Below are positions 1 to 12,202 of a stretch of DNA of 64,000 nucleotides, in pieces. Made by a program: the position numbers and the translations under genes. Each line of letters opens with the position of its first letter. The first letter of the stretch is position 1. The notes under the pieces were generated by a model that was not told where the DNA came from, ran no database searches, and saw only the letters and a program-made list of their open reading frames with translations. Source of the DNA: Lama glama (taxonomy: Eukaryota); assembly GCA_028534125.1 (NCBI GenBank), contig CM052816.1, forward strand, positions 74,464,001-74,528,000. The letters are read 5' to 3'.

Positions 1-365
1 TCTCTTTTGTAGATAAGTTCATCAGTGTCTTCTTTTTCCTTTCTTTCTTCCTTTTTTTTTTTTTAGATTCCTCATTAAAGTGATATCATATGGTATTTTT
101 CTTTCTTTTCCTGGCTTATGTCACTTACAATGATGACTGAAAGGGGGTGGGAAGGGATAAATTGGGAATTTAAGAATTGCTAATCTTAACTACTACATAT
201 AAAATAGATAAAAAAACAAATTTCTTCTGAAAAGCACAGAGAACTATATTCAATATCTTGTAGTAACCTATAATGAAAAAGAATATGAAAACGAATATAT
301 GTATATATATATGTATGAAACATTATGCTGTACACCAGAAATTGACACATTGTAACTGACTCTAC
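1..365 (+). mobile_element. L1 3'UTR fragment with inverted 5' part (1-137 minus, 138-365 plus)
   Basis: The reverse complement of 1-137 resembles the 7306-7420 part of the L1 at 6789. 138-365 is downstream L1 3'UTR (gggggtgggaagggata...tacaccagaaattgacacattgtaactgac). Confidence 0.85.
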
Positions 366-519
366 TGAAGAGTTCAGGCTTTCTGAACACTAGCTGCCCC
401 GGACTCCTTGCGTGGCGGTGCCCTACAATAACCGCTGCACTTTCCTTCACCACCACGTGGTGTCAGTAGATTGGATTTATTTCATGCAGGTGAATGGACC
501 CACATTTGGTTCAGGAACA
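366..519 (+). mobile_element. Probable 3' (R/U5) part of an ERV LTR
   Basis: aataaccgctgcactttccttcaccacc...ggacccacatttggttcaggaaCA resembles LTR 3' ends: degenerate polyA signal and terminal CA. Confidence 0.5.
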
Positions 520-819
520 AGACCTTTGTTTCACCCTTCCCCTGTTATTTTACAGGACCACTCATAAAAATGGAAGAGAGCAGTATTACAGTCCCTTATT
601 GAATGTGATCAATATAACAGGAACACAGTCTATTTTCTACATAGAAACCAAACAGCCTTTTAAAACACACATTAAAAAAAAAAAAAGCCCCATTGTTTCC
701 CACCACAGAGAAAGTAGGCCTGGACATGGCTGGTAGGGCTCGTCTGGGTCTGGCCCCAGCTAATCCTCTGACTTCTCCTGTTGCCCTCCCTGCCTTCCAA
801 TTTGTACCATCCATGCCAG

Positions 820-1435
820 CCTCCTGCTTTCCTCACACCTGCGCAGTCAGCCTCAGGGCCTTTGCACTTGCAGTTTCCTCTGTCTGGACAGCCTTTCCCC
901 CAGATCTTCATGTGGCCTCGCTCATCTCATTTGTGTCTCTGCTATAACATACCACAGAGAGAGGCCTCCTAGGACCTCCTCATTTAAAATCTCTCCTGAA
1001 ATCCCTACACACACTCGCACACGGTCACTCTCATGTTCATGCTTTCATTGCTCACGTATATTACACATAACCACACCCCCCCGACACCTTCACATGTTTT
1101 CACACATATGCACACTCACCTGCTTTCCCACATTCATGCATATTCACACTTGCACTCACATTTTCACAAACTCACTCTCATGCACACGTATACGCTCACA
1201 CAGTGCTAGCACACTTTATTCTCTTCCTGGCTTTACTTTTCTTAATAACTCATATTATCAGCTGACTTAATTTTTTTTTTGTCTGCCTCCCCCGACCCCC
1301 ACTGGAAACAAGCTTCCATGAGACCAGGGACTCTATATTTTTGTAATCACTGCCAGATCTCCAGTGCCTAAAATAGTACCCAACATACAGTAAGGGCTTA
1401 ATTAATATTTTTGGGGATAAATGAATGAATGAATA
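820..1435 (+). mobile_element. L2 3' fragment, interrupted by a CA-rich tract
   Basis: cctcagggcctttgcacttgc..., cagtgcctaaaatagtacccaacatacagtaag and a gaatgaatgaat tail. Confidence 0.7.
1005..1213. repeat. Degenerate (CA)n/CACT-rich low-complexity tract
   Basis: Repeated cacac/cactc/catg units. Confidence 0.75.
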
Positions 1436-1538
1436 CATTTAGGTCATTGAAATAGATCATTCCCATTCCTACCACTGCAGGTGACTCAGTGCATTTTAAT
1501 CAGAAAAATCCCTGGAGAGAAAAGTCAAAAGGCTGTAC

Positions 1539-1668
1539 CTTCTAATATAGAACAGCTGTATGGATCCTGGGCTCTGTAAACCATGATGAACCCCATTTGT
1601 CCAGTGGCATGAAAAAGTCTCTAGTTCAGGTGAACGGCACTTGGTGAATTTAGGCTTCCCGGAAGAAT
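1539..1668 (-). CDS. GHR: Growth hormone receptor coding exon 4 (extracellular domain, first FNIII subdomain with the C56-C66 pair, human precursor numbering)
   Basis: Minus-strand translation (N)[42 protein letters not shown](R) matches GHR. Pyrimidine tract plus ttctgcAG acceptor (1669-1670) and AG|GTACAG donor (1537-1538). The 130-nt length fits GHR exon 4. Confidence 0.98.
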
Positions 1669-3641
1669 CTGCAGAATAAAAAGAAAAGGCTAGGCATGAA
1701 ATCAGGAGGGTAACGGATGGTCCCAATGAAACAGGTACGTAAAGAGATAAAGAAGAACCACCTCTTTTTTCCTGGGTCACAGCTTCAGAGCTGCTGTTTG
1801 CCAGTTATTTCCCTGTCAGCCTTTGACTGCAGGGACAAACATTTTGTTTTTATACCTTCCATGATTTCTTAGGGCCTGTTTAAGAAATCAGGGCTAGAAA
1901 TGAGGGTTTGGGTTCAGGCAGTGTTTTGTTTTTGGAGGGTGACCCCTGGAACTGGAAGTGAGGGAGACGGAGAGAAGGATGGGGAGGGGAGAACAGTGAA
2001 CAGAGTGTGTGCTATTCAGCTGGGGCCCAACCCCACAGAGGTCCCTCCTGTAAGCTGTGAAGAGTGTGTCTTCCCAGTGTCCTCGACCAGGATGGGAGGC
2101 CAGGGTGGTTAGCCACCAACTCCCAACACCCACTGGTTGAGGGCTGCCCTGGAGGTGTTCATGCCCATGAACTTCTAGGCTGCACGTACATATGAGCTGA
2201 GGGACCTCGCCTGACTTCTGAGACCCTGAGCAGGCACCTGATGCTGGCAACTGCCCATCACGGATGGCTACATTGGCATCAGGCGGCCCAAAGGGATGTG
2301 GCATGGGGACCACAGCATCCCTGACAGGGCCTTTTCTCTTTTTACAGATTTTTGATAAAAAGTCATGTACTTTTGCATTCTTTTAAAAGGTCCATCTGGC
2401 AAATTTATTAAATAGATACCTACTTTAAACAACGTATGCATATATGTGTACCCATTCCAATCTGGGAGGCGGAGGAAGCCTTCTAGTTGTAAGGATGTTA
2501 GCCAAACCCCTCTGCATGTATGAAATCCGCAGCTCTGAATGTGCAGCAGACACATCTGAGGCAAAGCCTATTTGTGTGTGTCAGTTTTCTTTGTTATTCT
2601 GACTTCCACGGTCATTTTGGAGATGGTGGTTGGTGTTTACAACCCCCTCTGAGAGCACTGAAGCACAGTAGCCTGTGTGATCTATTATAAATGAGAAACG
2701 TGTGTGTTCTGCTGGGCAAGCACCTATGATACAGCAGAGTTCCTGGAAAAGTTCCTTCTCCCATCAGCTGAAGCACTGGAAATGCTATTTTTAGATCCTT
2801 CCAGAAAATCAGTGCTAAATAAATATTTAAACCGCAACTAACCTGCTTTAATGCCTGCAGGGTTGAGGAAAGTACTGCCCATTCTGACTGTTCTGCACAG
2901 AATGCAAGAAGAGGAAATGCACTGGATTTCAAATGGAGAGCTTTGCGTTCTGGTTCTGGCTCTGATACTACATAGCCTTGAACTTCTCAAGTCATTTGTC
3001 AGTTTCCTCAACAGAGAGGCAGGAATAGATGAGGTCCAAGGTACTTTACAAACTTCACTTTTACAATTAAGTGACATATACAATCATTAATAACAATGTG
3101 CAGAACGAAAACAATTTTGGTTTGAGCTGAAACAGCCAGAGGACACCAAGTGCAAACATCATTTGGGTTCCTATACTCCCTGTGCAGTAAGTCTGCCACG
3201 TCATGGCAAGAATAATGAACCCGACCCAAAAACTTGAAACATGAAGGGGGAAAAATACTTTGCTAGCTGGAGGAAAAAATCTTAAAAAAAGAATTGATTT
3301 AAAACACATGTTGCTTGCTTAAACTTACTATTCTTGTTTATTCTGTTTCCTTTTAACTCCAGATGTATAGAAAGCCTCACATTATTTTCCATTTTAAATA
3401 AGAAATAGGAAATTGATGGTTGTTGTGCTAACGTGACAAAGCGCCCACAGAGGAACCCTGATGCCATGATGCAGACGCAGCGCAGCGCAGCAAAGCTACT
3501 TTTTCCTTTGTCTCTTTTATATCTGTCTTTCATTGCTTGCCTTCCTTTCGCGACCTGCCTCCTTTCTTTCTCTTTCCTTGCACCCTCCTTCTTTCCTTCC
3601 TTCTTTCTTCCTGTTATGGCTGGTTCTGTGTGGTTAGGTGC

Positions 3642-4080
3642 TGTAGCAGACAGCCTCTCAGATGGTCGCAAGGATCCCTGCCCCCTGTTATCCACAAACT
3701 TTCCTTCCCTTGAGTAACTTGTCTCAAACCTATGGAATATGACAGCATTGAGGGGAATGTCACACCTGTGATTAGATTACAAAAGACTGACTTCTGTCTT
3801 GCTAGCGGACTTAGTTTCTTGCTGGATTTGCTGAAGCAAGCTGCCATGTTGGTGAGAACCACATGGCAAAGAACTGAGGGTGGCCTCTGGTCCACAACCA
3901 GCAAGAAGATGAGGCCTTCAGTCTAATGACTGAGAACTGAAAGAACTAAATCCTGGAAAACAACCACATGGTGAGCACAAAAGCTGACCCTTCCCCAGTC
4001 CAGACTTCAGATGGGACCATGGTCCTAGCTGGCACTGTGATTGCAGCCTTGTGAGAGAATCTGAAACAGAGGACCCGGCT
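3642..4080 (+). mobile_element. MaLR LTR (MLT1E/F-like), 3'-truncated
   Basis: Starts tgtagcagacagcctctcagatgg; contains ccacatggcaaagaactgagggtggcctct and gattgcagccttgtgagag. Confidence 0.75.
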
Positions 4081-4185
4081 GATGGGTTAATTTGGAGGAA
4101 GGATAGGAAACAATATTAACTATATAAATATGTGAATGCTGTTGACATATAATAAGCAAACTCTGTTTAAGAAAGACATAAACCA

Positions 4186-4591
4186 ATAGATAAAGATTAT
4201 ACTGTATAGCACAGGGAAATATACACAAGATCTTATGGTAGCTCACAGAGAAAAGAATGTGACAACGAATATATATATGTTCATGTATAACTGAAAAATT
4301 GTGCTCTACACTGGAATTTGACACAACATTGTAAAATGATTATAAATCAATAAAAAATGTTAAAAAAATATAAATGCTCCCAATGGAGAGTCAAATTTTG
4401 ACCGAAAGTGTTGAGTTTAAAAGGCATGATAATACTTGTCAGCAGCGATGTGTGTGATAATTTAAGTAACAAAACAAAAATGTGGTAGTATGAAACTGAG
4501 AAGAATTGACTTTTTGTTATTTTGAATGAGTTGTAGAAGACTACAAGCTAAGAACTGAACAATCAATAAAAATTTAAGAAAGTGAAAAAAA
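4186..4591 (+). mobile_element. 5'-truncated young L1 (4186-4368) plus about 215 nt of 3'-transduced sequence and a second polyA
   Basis: 14-bp TSD AAAGACATAAACCA at 4172-4185 and 4592-4605. The L1 tail closely matches the copies at 6789, 27410 and 51364. AATAAA at 4565-4570. Confidence 0.88.
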
Positions 4592-6788
4592 AAAGACATA
4601 AACCACTTTTCTTAGCAAATGGAATATGTCAAAATGTTGGTGGGGAAGTGGGTAACTCATTTTTTGGAGGAAGAAGAACTGTAGTATAGCTGGCTGCTTC
4701 TCTCCTTCTCACTCACCTCCCCTTTGGCAAATACCACTATGGCCAAAGACATCCAACATTCCTTAAGCCCAGCTCCTTAGAGTCATCCTGAGGTTTTCCA
4801 AGTCTGAGAGGTACTAGCCTAACTTTAAAATGAACACCCCTCTAGAATGTCTGAAAATCCCAGTAGAAATTTGTTTTGTATTTCACTATGAAGACAGCAA
4901 ATGGTTACCATACACTCTCAGATCCTCTCTGACGAGCCGCACACACATAGTCATTTCTAAGCTAGAAATGCATCTGGCTGTCTTGTCATTTTTTTTTTTT
5001 TAGCCTAAACCTATAGACAGTGTAGTTCACCACTCATTTATAGCATCTTTTAAAAGAATGTTGCAATTGACAAGAGAAACCACCTTTGGCCCTAAATTAA
5101 TTGTCACTAAGAGAAACTCAAGTGGTCCTGCATTCTGAAGAAATGTTACTATTAACACTGATCAGCATTCAAAAATCTTGACAATAGATTTGGGATTCAT
5201 CTTTATTCTCTTTGGAGCCTTCATTTTAAAAATGAGGATTCTGACTTGCGGCCACATGTTAATTTTAGTTATTATCACCATGTTAGATGCAGCATGTTAA
5301 ATATTACATCACGTTGAATACTTTACATATATAATCACCTTTAATACTGACAACAGCTCTAGAGGTGGGTATCATTTCCAGTTGGAAATGGATGAAACTG
5401 GAGTTTAGAGATGTTAAACGAGTTGTCCGTGTTGGGATTAATACACAAATCTGTGTGATTTCATCTCAACTCTTAGCACTAGCAAAAAATAGTAGCTTTT
5501 ATGTTAGACAAGTCTCTCTTGCTTCTCAAAAAATTCTCAGACAAGCTCAGATGGGTTCTTAATTCAACTTTCACCTATCAGTAGCCTGGTGAGCCCTAAG
5601 AGTGGCATTTCCTAACTGACTGCACATTGGAATCAACTGAGGAGCTTTACAAAACACCGATGGCTTCCTGCTTCGCTGCCCAGTGGCTCTCCCCTTGGAG
5701 GAAGATGACCTCCCCAGGCTGGACACAGAGAGCGGACGTCAAGCAGCTGTCCTGAATAGTCGTTTGCCTTCTTTCACCAGACGTGCTTTTCTACCCTCAA
5801 CTCATGATGGAGCAGAAACAAAAACCCAATGAAATCACATACAAATTCCCAATGTGTGCTTGGGGGTTTGGGACTAGAAGAGAAGGAGGAAGAGGAACAA
5901 CTGAAGTGGGAAGGGAAGGCTGGAAGGAGTCTTCGAAGGGAAAGGAGAACCTTCTTCTGAGAGCGCCAGTTTGGGGAGGGGAAGGCACTCAGCCACCACC
6001 TGACCTTAAGTGTACATTCTCCACCACGCCCTGTCGTGTGGACCGTCTGCTGTCAACGATCCTGGACACTTGTCATCACCCTTGAACAGAGGCTGGGGAC
6101 TTACTACCTTGTGATGAGACAGCCTGGCTCTCTGACAAAAGCATAACTGAACACAACCAGTTGAGAATTTCCTTTTCAGCTGGGCAGCATAAACAAACAA
6201 TAAGGAAAGGAAATAAAACAACAGTCCTTAATATGGTTAAAAATTAAACCTCATAAGACATACTAAAGAAAACAATTGTACAGATAAGTGAACTTCATAA
6301 AGAAATAAATGGATTAACCTAGGTGGCTGAACTGTATTTGGAAAGTGTTACCTCCTATTTTTTTGTAAAGGAAGTTCAGCCTACACATTTACTTGGGCTT
6401 CCTGGGGACAAGGGTCTGTACTGAGGGGCACTGAGTTTTGCATGGTGCTTGTAAACATTCAGGTTGTGGGGAGAGAACCCCTTGCCCAGCTTGCTGCAGT
6501 CCTCCCTTCTGAAGCTCTGCTTTGAGGCCACGTATCCTTCTCCAAAGCACACTTGTTTCCAAAGCACTCTTTCATTTGAAAAGCTTCAGGAAAACAGGGA
6601 TTCCTCAACTTAGAGCATCTAACACCCCCTTTCACTAAAGGTCTTGTCCTTGATGGATGCTGGCCTGTCAAAATACAGCAAAAAAAAAAAATCTGTAAGT
6701 GTTCTGGCTGATCACTATTGGCAAAAGTAACTGAACTGCCTTATAGATAATATAATGTCAAAGAGCACATTAAAAAAAAATCTGGTAG

Positions 6789-7684
6789 TTCTTCCATGGA
6801 GAATTGCTTGTTTAGGTCCATAGGCACATGAAAAAATGTTCAATATCACTAATTATTAGAGAAATGCAAATCAAAACTACAATGAGGTATCACCTCACAC
6901 CAGTCAGAATGGCCATCATTCAAAAATCCACAAATGACAAATGCTGGAGAGGCTGTGGAGAAAGGGGAACCCTCCTACACTGCTGGTGAGAATGCAGTTT
7001 GGAGCAGCCACTGTGGAAAACAGTATGGAGATTCCTCAAAAGACTAGGAATAGACTTACCATATGACCCAGGAATCCCACTCCTGGGCATATATCCAAGA
7101 AGAATCCTACTTCAAAATGACACCTGCACCCCAATGTTCATAACAGTACTATTTACAATAGCCAAGACATGGAAATAGCCTAACTGTCCATTGACAGATG
7201 ACTGGATAAAGAAGCTGTGGTATATTTATACCATGGAATACTACTCAGCCATAAAAACCGACAACATAACGCCATTTGCAGCAACATGGATGCACCTGGA
7301 GAATGTCATTCTAAGTGAAGTAAGCCAGAAAGAGAAAGAAAAATACCATATGAGATAACTCATATGTGGAATCTAAAAAAACCCAAAAAACAAAAACAAA
7401 GCACAAATACAAAACAGAAACAGACTCATAGACATAGAGCACAAACTTGTGGTTGCCAGGGGGGCGGAGGGTGGGAAGGGACAGATGGGATTTCAAAATT
7501 GTAGAATAGATAAACAAGATTATACTGTGTAGCACAGGGAAATATACACAAGATTTTATGGTAGCTCACGGAGAAAAAAAAATGTCTCAATGAATATATG
7601 TACGTTCATGTATAACTGAAAAATTGTGCTGTACACTGGAATTTGACACAACATTGTAAAATGATTATAAATCAATAAAAAATT
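6789..7684 (+). mobile_element. Young 5'-truncated L1 (ORF2 C-terminus plus 3'UTR) with a 31-bp 5' inversion
   Basis: ORF2-type sequence (gaaatgcaaatcaaaactacaatgaggtatcacctcacaccagtcagaatggcc). TSD (A)nTCTGGTAG at 6774-6788 and 7685-7699. Confidence 0.95.
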
Positions 7685-8929
7685 AAAAAAATCTGGTAGG
7701 CTTTTTTTTTTAACTATGGAATTGCCAAGTGGTTATGAAATTGCAACTACTCAGTTTGCACAGACTATTGGCAAAAAAGCTTTAAAGTAATGTTGGAAAT
7801 TGGTAAAGCATTTAATACAGAATTTTGCACTGGACGATACTGAATGTAAGGAATTCACCTTTACACTTGATTTCCCTTATGGATCTCTGTGGAACTGAGG
7901 AAGGTACAGCTGTAAAATCTTCCTCTTAGGCACGTACTGGCTTAGAGTTGAGGACACGAGTTCACAAGATCTCCCCCAAACGGTTCCTTTCTTTTTAAAA
8001 ATTATTTAAAATTAAACTCTAGTACACTTTAAAAAACGGATTGTTGGTGCATTTAAAACCTTGTAAGTTTGACTAAAACAAAGGCTTAGAGAACATGTCC
8101 AGTTACTTTGAGACGGATGTCAAATCAACTGAACTTTGCAGTGTCTTGAAAAAGTATTTGTGGCACACGTGGCTTGGCAGGGAATTTCACTGGATGCAGC
8201 CTCCATGGATGGCTCGTGTGTATAGCAACGTCAGGAAACAGAGCTGTGCGTGCAGTACTACTAGCATTTAAGCATTTATCTTTTCGCCAAAACTTGCTTT
8301 TTGTTGTTTTATTTAGTTTTCATAGAACATATTTATTATAAAATATATTGTATTTACTTCCCTTCTTAAACAGTTGTGGTTGAATATACCTAATCAGGGG
8401 CAATAATCAACCATCTTTCTCCCCTTTCCTTTCATCTCCAAAGCATTTATCTAGTGCATTTAGCTCACTCAGCACTTTCACATAATGTCATTTAATTGTC
8501 TTGGACAGAGTGATCATATACTTCCCTATATGATCTAAGACTTTTCTCTCTTCTTCCATCCATTCTCTCAAAACTACTGTGACTGCTAATAAGGCTTCTT
8601 GGGTGGAAAGGTGGGGGCACTATTTCTCGTGGTGTTCTTTTCTCCGGCTACTGACGGGGATGTACTGAGGAAGGTACAGCAACCCCAAGGTCTAACAGTG
8701 TAGCCTTCTGGATGATGGGAACAGGACCACCACCTCAAAGACACATGCTTGCTGCCCTGCAGGATAACTGACTTAGGAAACACAATTTCCATACTTTTGT
8801 TATTTTAAAAAAATGTATTTTGTACAGCATGGCTTTGAGATTTCAGAGAAACAATTAGCACTAAATTTGGTAAAATTTATTTTCTGTTTGGTTAAAGTAA
8901 GGGACATCCTAGATAATAATCCAATAATT

Positions 8930-9600
8930 AAAATACAAAACAATAGGATGTGGAATAATTGGAACCTCTGTCAGGAATGTAAACTGGTATAGCCACTGGA
9001 GAAAAACAGCTTAGAAGTGCCGCCAAAGTTAAACACAGTTACCATATGACCCAGTGATCCTGCTCCTAGGTTTGTACCCAAGAGAACTGAGAACACTTGT
9101 TCATGCAAAATCTTGTACAAGTATGTTCATAGCTGCATTATTCATAATAATAAAAAGGTAGAAAAACCCAAGCATTCATCAACTGATGAGTGAATAAACA
9201 AAATGTGGTACAATCATATAATAGAATCTTACTCGGCCATAAAAAGAAATAAGATACTGATATAAGCTACAACATGGATGAACCTCAAAAACGTTTTGCT
9301 AAGTGAAAAGAGCCAGTGAAATATGGGACACAAAGGGTCCCTTATTGCATTACTCCCTTGAAATAAATTCCAGAACAGGCAAATCCATAGAGACAGGAAA
9401 TAGATTAGTAGTTGCCAGGGAATGAGAGGAAGGGAAATTGGGAGCCAATAGTCATGGGTGCAGGGTTTCATGTAGAAGTGATGGAAATCTTCTAGAATTA
9501 GACAGCAGTGATGGTTGCACAACATTGTGAATATATTAAAAACTACTTTAAAATGGTTAAAATGGCAAATTTTATATTATGTGAATTTTATCACAGTAAG
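8930..9600 (+). mobile_element. Old L1M (L1MB-like) 3' fragment
   Basis: gttaccatatgacccag, atgttcatagctgcattattcataata, acatggatgaacctcaaaaac, gtgatggttgcacaacattgtgaat. Confidence 0.85.
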
Positions 9601-9924
9601 ACCATCTCTCTAAAATATATAAAGCAAAAAATTATACTTAAATTTACTACATACAATTTAATTTTTATTTCTTCTTACCCTCTATTGGACAGTCACTTTT
9701 TCAGTTAAAAAACCCCTATCATCAATTTAAGCATGCCACTGTCACAAAAACTGGGATTTTTTAATGCACTGCACAAAAGATCCTATTGGATTCCTTGGTC
9801 ATATGAAAAATGTCCTCAATGAAACTTAGCTGAAGCACTTGTGAATGAGGTTGTCAGGTTCTTTTTAATGAGATGATCCACATTCCTGAAAATCAGTAGC
9901 TGGCAGAGGGTCTACTGCCACAGT

Positions 9925-10105
9925 TAAGAATAGCATGCTGGAATCCCCTGGGGAATTAGAAAAAAAATACTGATGCCTGAGTTCTGTCTTTTCAGATTCT
10001 ATTTTAAATGGTAATTTATGCAATCACCAGTTTAGTCGTCTGGGCATTGGATTTTTAAAATCTCTGCAGTGATTTTTAAAATGTAGCAGAATTCAACAGC
10101 CACTA
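9925..10105. mobile_element. MER5-like hAT-Charlie remnant
   Basis: gaatcccctgggga...aaatactgatgcctg...cagattct...ctgggcattggatttttaaaa. Confidence 0.55.
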
Positions 10106-11068
10106 ATTTCTATCATCCTTTCCCTTCTGAGCCCAGAAGGCATCCTGCTTGCTTCAACCACTGAAGCCTCTTGTCTGGTTCTCACAGGCAAGTTCTTCGC
10201 CAGGAATGGGAGGAAAAAAGGACACGTGGGACTATTCTAATCCAAGCCTAAAAGTACAGCAGTGCTTCGCCAAAGTCAAATCTCTGTCACTGAAAAATAA
10301 GAACCTCCTTCAGTCTCAGAGGAGCCTTCTATGGCCAGAAGAAACCAACTGATGAATGAGGCTTTCTTTGCTCTGTCTTGTAATTTTACGGAGGCCGTTT
10401 AATTCTCACTGATGATGACATACTCTTTTATGTAATTTCTTTTCTATGCTTTGGAGTTTCAAATGCAATAAAACAAGGTCTTTTGTAATGAGCACACCAA
10501 AGCTTTTTAGTTTTAGGATTTACAGCCGCATTCAACATTCATTCATTCCTCTGTTCATTCATTCAACAAACAATCACGGAACACCTGTTTACATGCCAGG
10601 CTTCAGCTTATCAACATCACTTACTGAAGCAGTACATTCGGTCCAAGGATCATGATGCGCCAGATAGACTATTTTATACGAAGAGGCTGGGCCAGTTCCC
10701 TGAGAGAGAAGCAAGCTGGCCATTTTTTCTTAATAACTTTTGCTCTGTGTACATTCTCTTGCTTGGTGGAATTACTCCCACCACATGTTCGAATTCCTAA
10801 GTCCATAGTCAGATTTTAAAAATGCTTCATGTACATATTTTTATTTCCATAAAAGAATGACCAAAATGACAACTGCAAAGATAAATATGGTATACACAGC
10901 CATGGCCTCCAAATGCAGGAACATAGGAACATTTTTCTATAAATACTTATAAATACACATATTTCTCAGGAACATAGCTTGTCATTTTTGTGTGTTTGTG
11001 TGGGTGTTAATTTTTAAAGGTATTATTACTGCAGTAAGGCAGCTGTGTCACGCTTCACACTTCTAAAC

Positions 11069-11262
11069 CAAAGGTTCTTAACCAAGGTTGAGTTTTCTTC
11101 CCAACAGTCATTTCCTAGAGACGTATTTGATTGTCATGGCTCGGAGTGGGGTGATACTGGCATTTAGCAAGCAGAGGCCAGAGATGCTGTGAAACACCCT
11201 ACAATGCACAGGACAGTCTCCACAACAAAGAATTATCTGGTCTAAAATGTGAATAATGCCCT
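11069..11262 (+). mobile_element. MER20 (hAT-Charlie)
   Basis: gaggccagagatgctgtgaaacaccctacaatgcacaggacagtctccacaacaaagaattatctggtctaaaatgt. Confidence 0.85.
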
Positions 11263-11969
11263 CCTCCAAACAAATAATTAAACCCACTAAATTGCAACAC
11301 AGTTCTTCAAAATTTAAACATGTACCCCAAATGAAAAAAGCTAACATAAAAATCTAAATCCACTATCTCCTTTGCTCTTCTGAACGTTTTTTCTGCTCAG
11401 CAAAGAAAAACATCTCACATTTTTAAGTCCTTTGGGTTTTAAAGAGAATTTCACATAGAAATACCATGTTTCAGTTAATCAGGAAACATCCATGCAGTAC
11501 CTATGATGTGTAAGGCACTCTTTCAGATGTTACAGGAATTACAGAAATAACACGACACATGGATTCTGCCTTTGAAAAGCCGGAAGTAGTCTGGGAAATA
11601 ATACACGTGCATACGAGAAGTAGCTAATAATAAAAGGTAGTTAAAATAAAGATAATAATTGCTTTAGGAAATCAAAGAAAGTTCTGATGACTAAGAGCTG
11701 AGGGTGGAGAGACAGAGGAAGGCTTCAAGGAGGAGTGAGGAGAGAATGATGAACTTATCCCCGTTTGCTGAGACGGAAAAGCGCTGACCTTGATCAGCAA
11801 CCACATGCCACTAGGGACAGATCTGGACACAAAGTTACGTTTACTCTCGTACTTGCTGAATCAGAACCTGCATTCTAACAAGTTCCCAGGTTATCCAGAT
11901 GCATATTAAGGACTGAGAAGCATTGACTTAAGGCACTTGACTGCCAGCAAAGGCCTCTTTCAAACTGGA

Positions 11970-12202
11970 CTGTGGTTCTCAACTTGGGCTGCACATTAAA
12001 TTCACCTTCCAGAGATATAATTTAATTAGATCGGGCAACACCTTACACAGTGTTATATGTCAATTATATCTTTAAAAAATTAACACTACTTTCAATGTAT
12101 GGAGTTAAAAAAAAAAAAAAGACTGGGGTGATGGCTGGGCATTGGTGCTTTTTCAAATGCCCCAGGTGACTCTAATGTGCAACCAGGGTTGAGAACCACT
12201 GA
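11970..12202. mobile_element. MER5-like element interrupted by a short polyA-ended insertion (12036-12120)
   Basis: gtggttctcaac...ctgcacattaaattcacc at the start and cccaggtgactctaatgtgcaaccagggttgagaaccactg at the end (terminal inverted match). Confidence 0.75.

Noticed and set aside
1656..1664. STAT-type TTCnnnGAA motifs (exon 4 TTCCCGGAA; also 2740, 15779, 39964 and others)
   Set aside because: Six fixed bases occur by chance every few kb; isolated hits are uninformative.
1669..1780. N-terminal part of the ORF 1496..1780 (MTQEKRGG...FYSA)
   Set aside because: Intronic read-through of the polypyrimidine tract; only 1539-1668 is exon.
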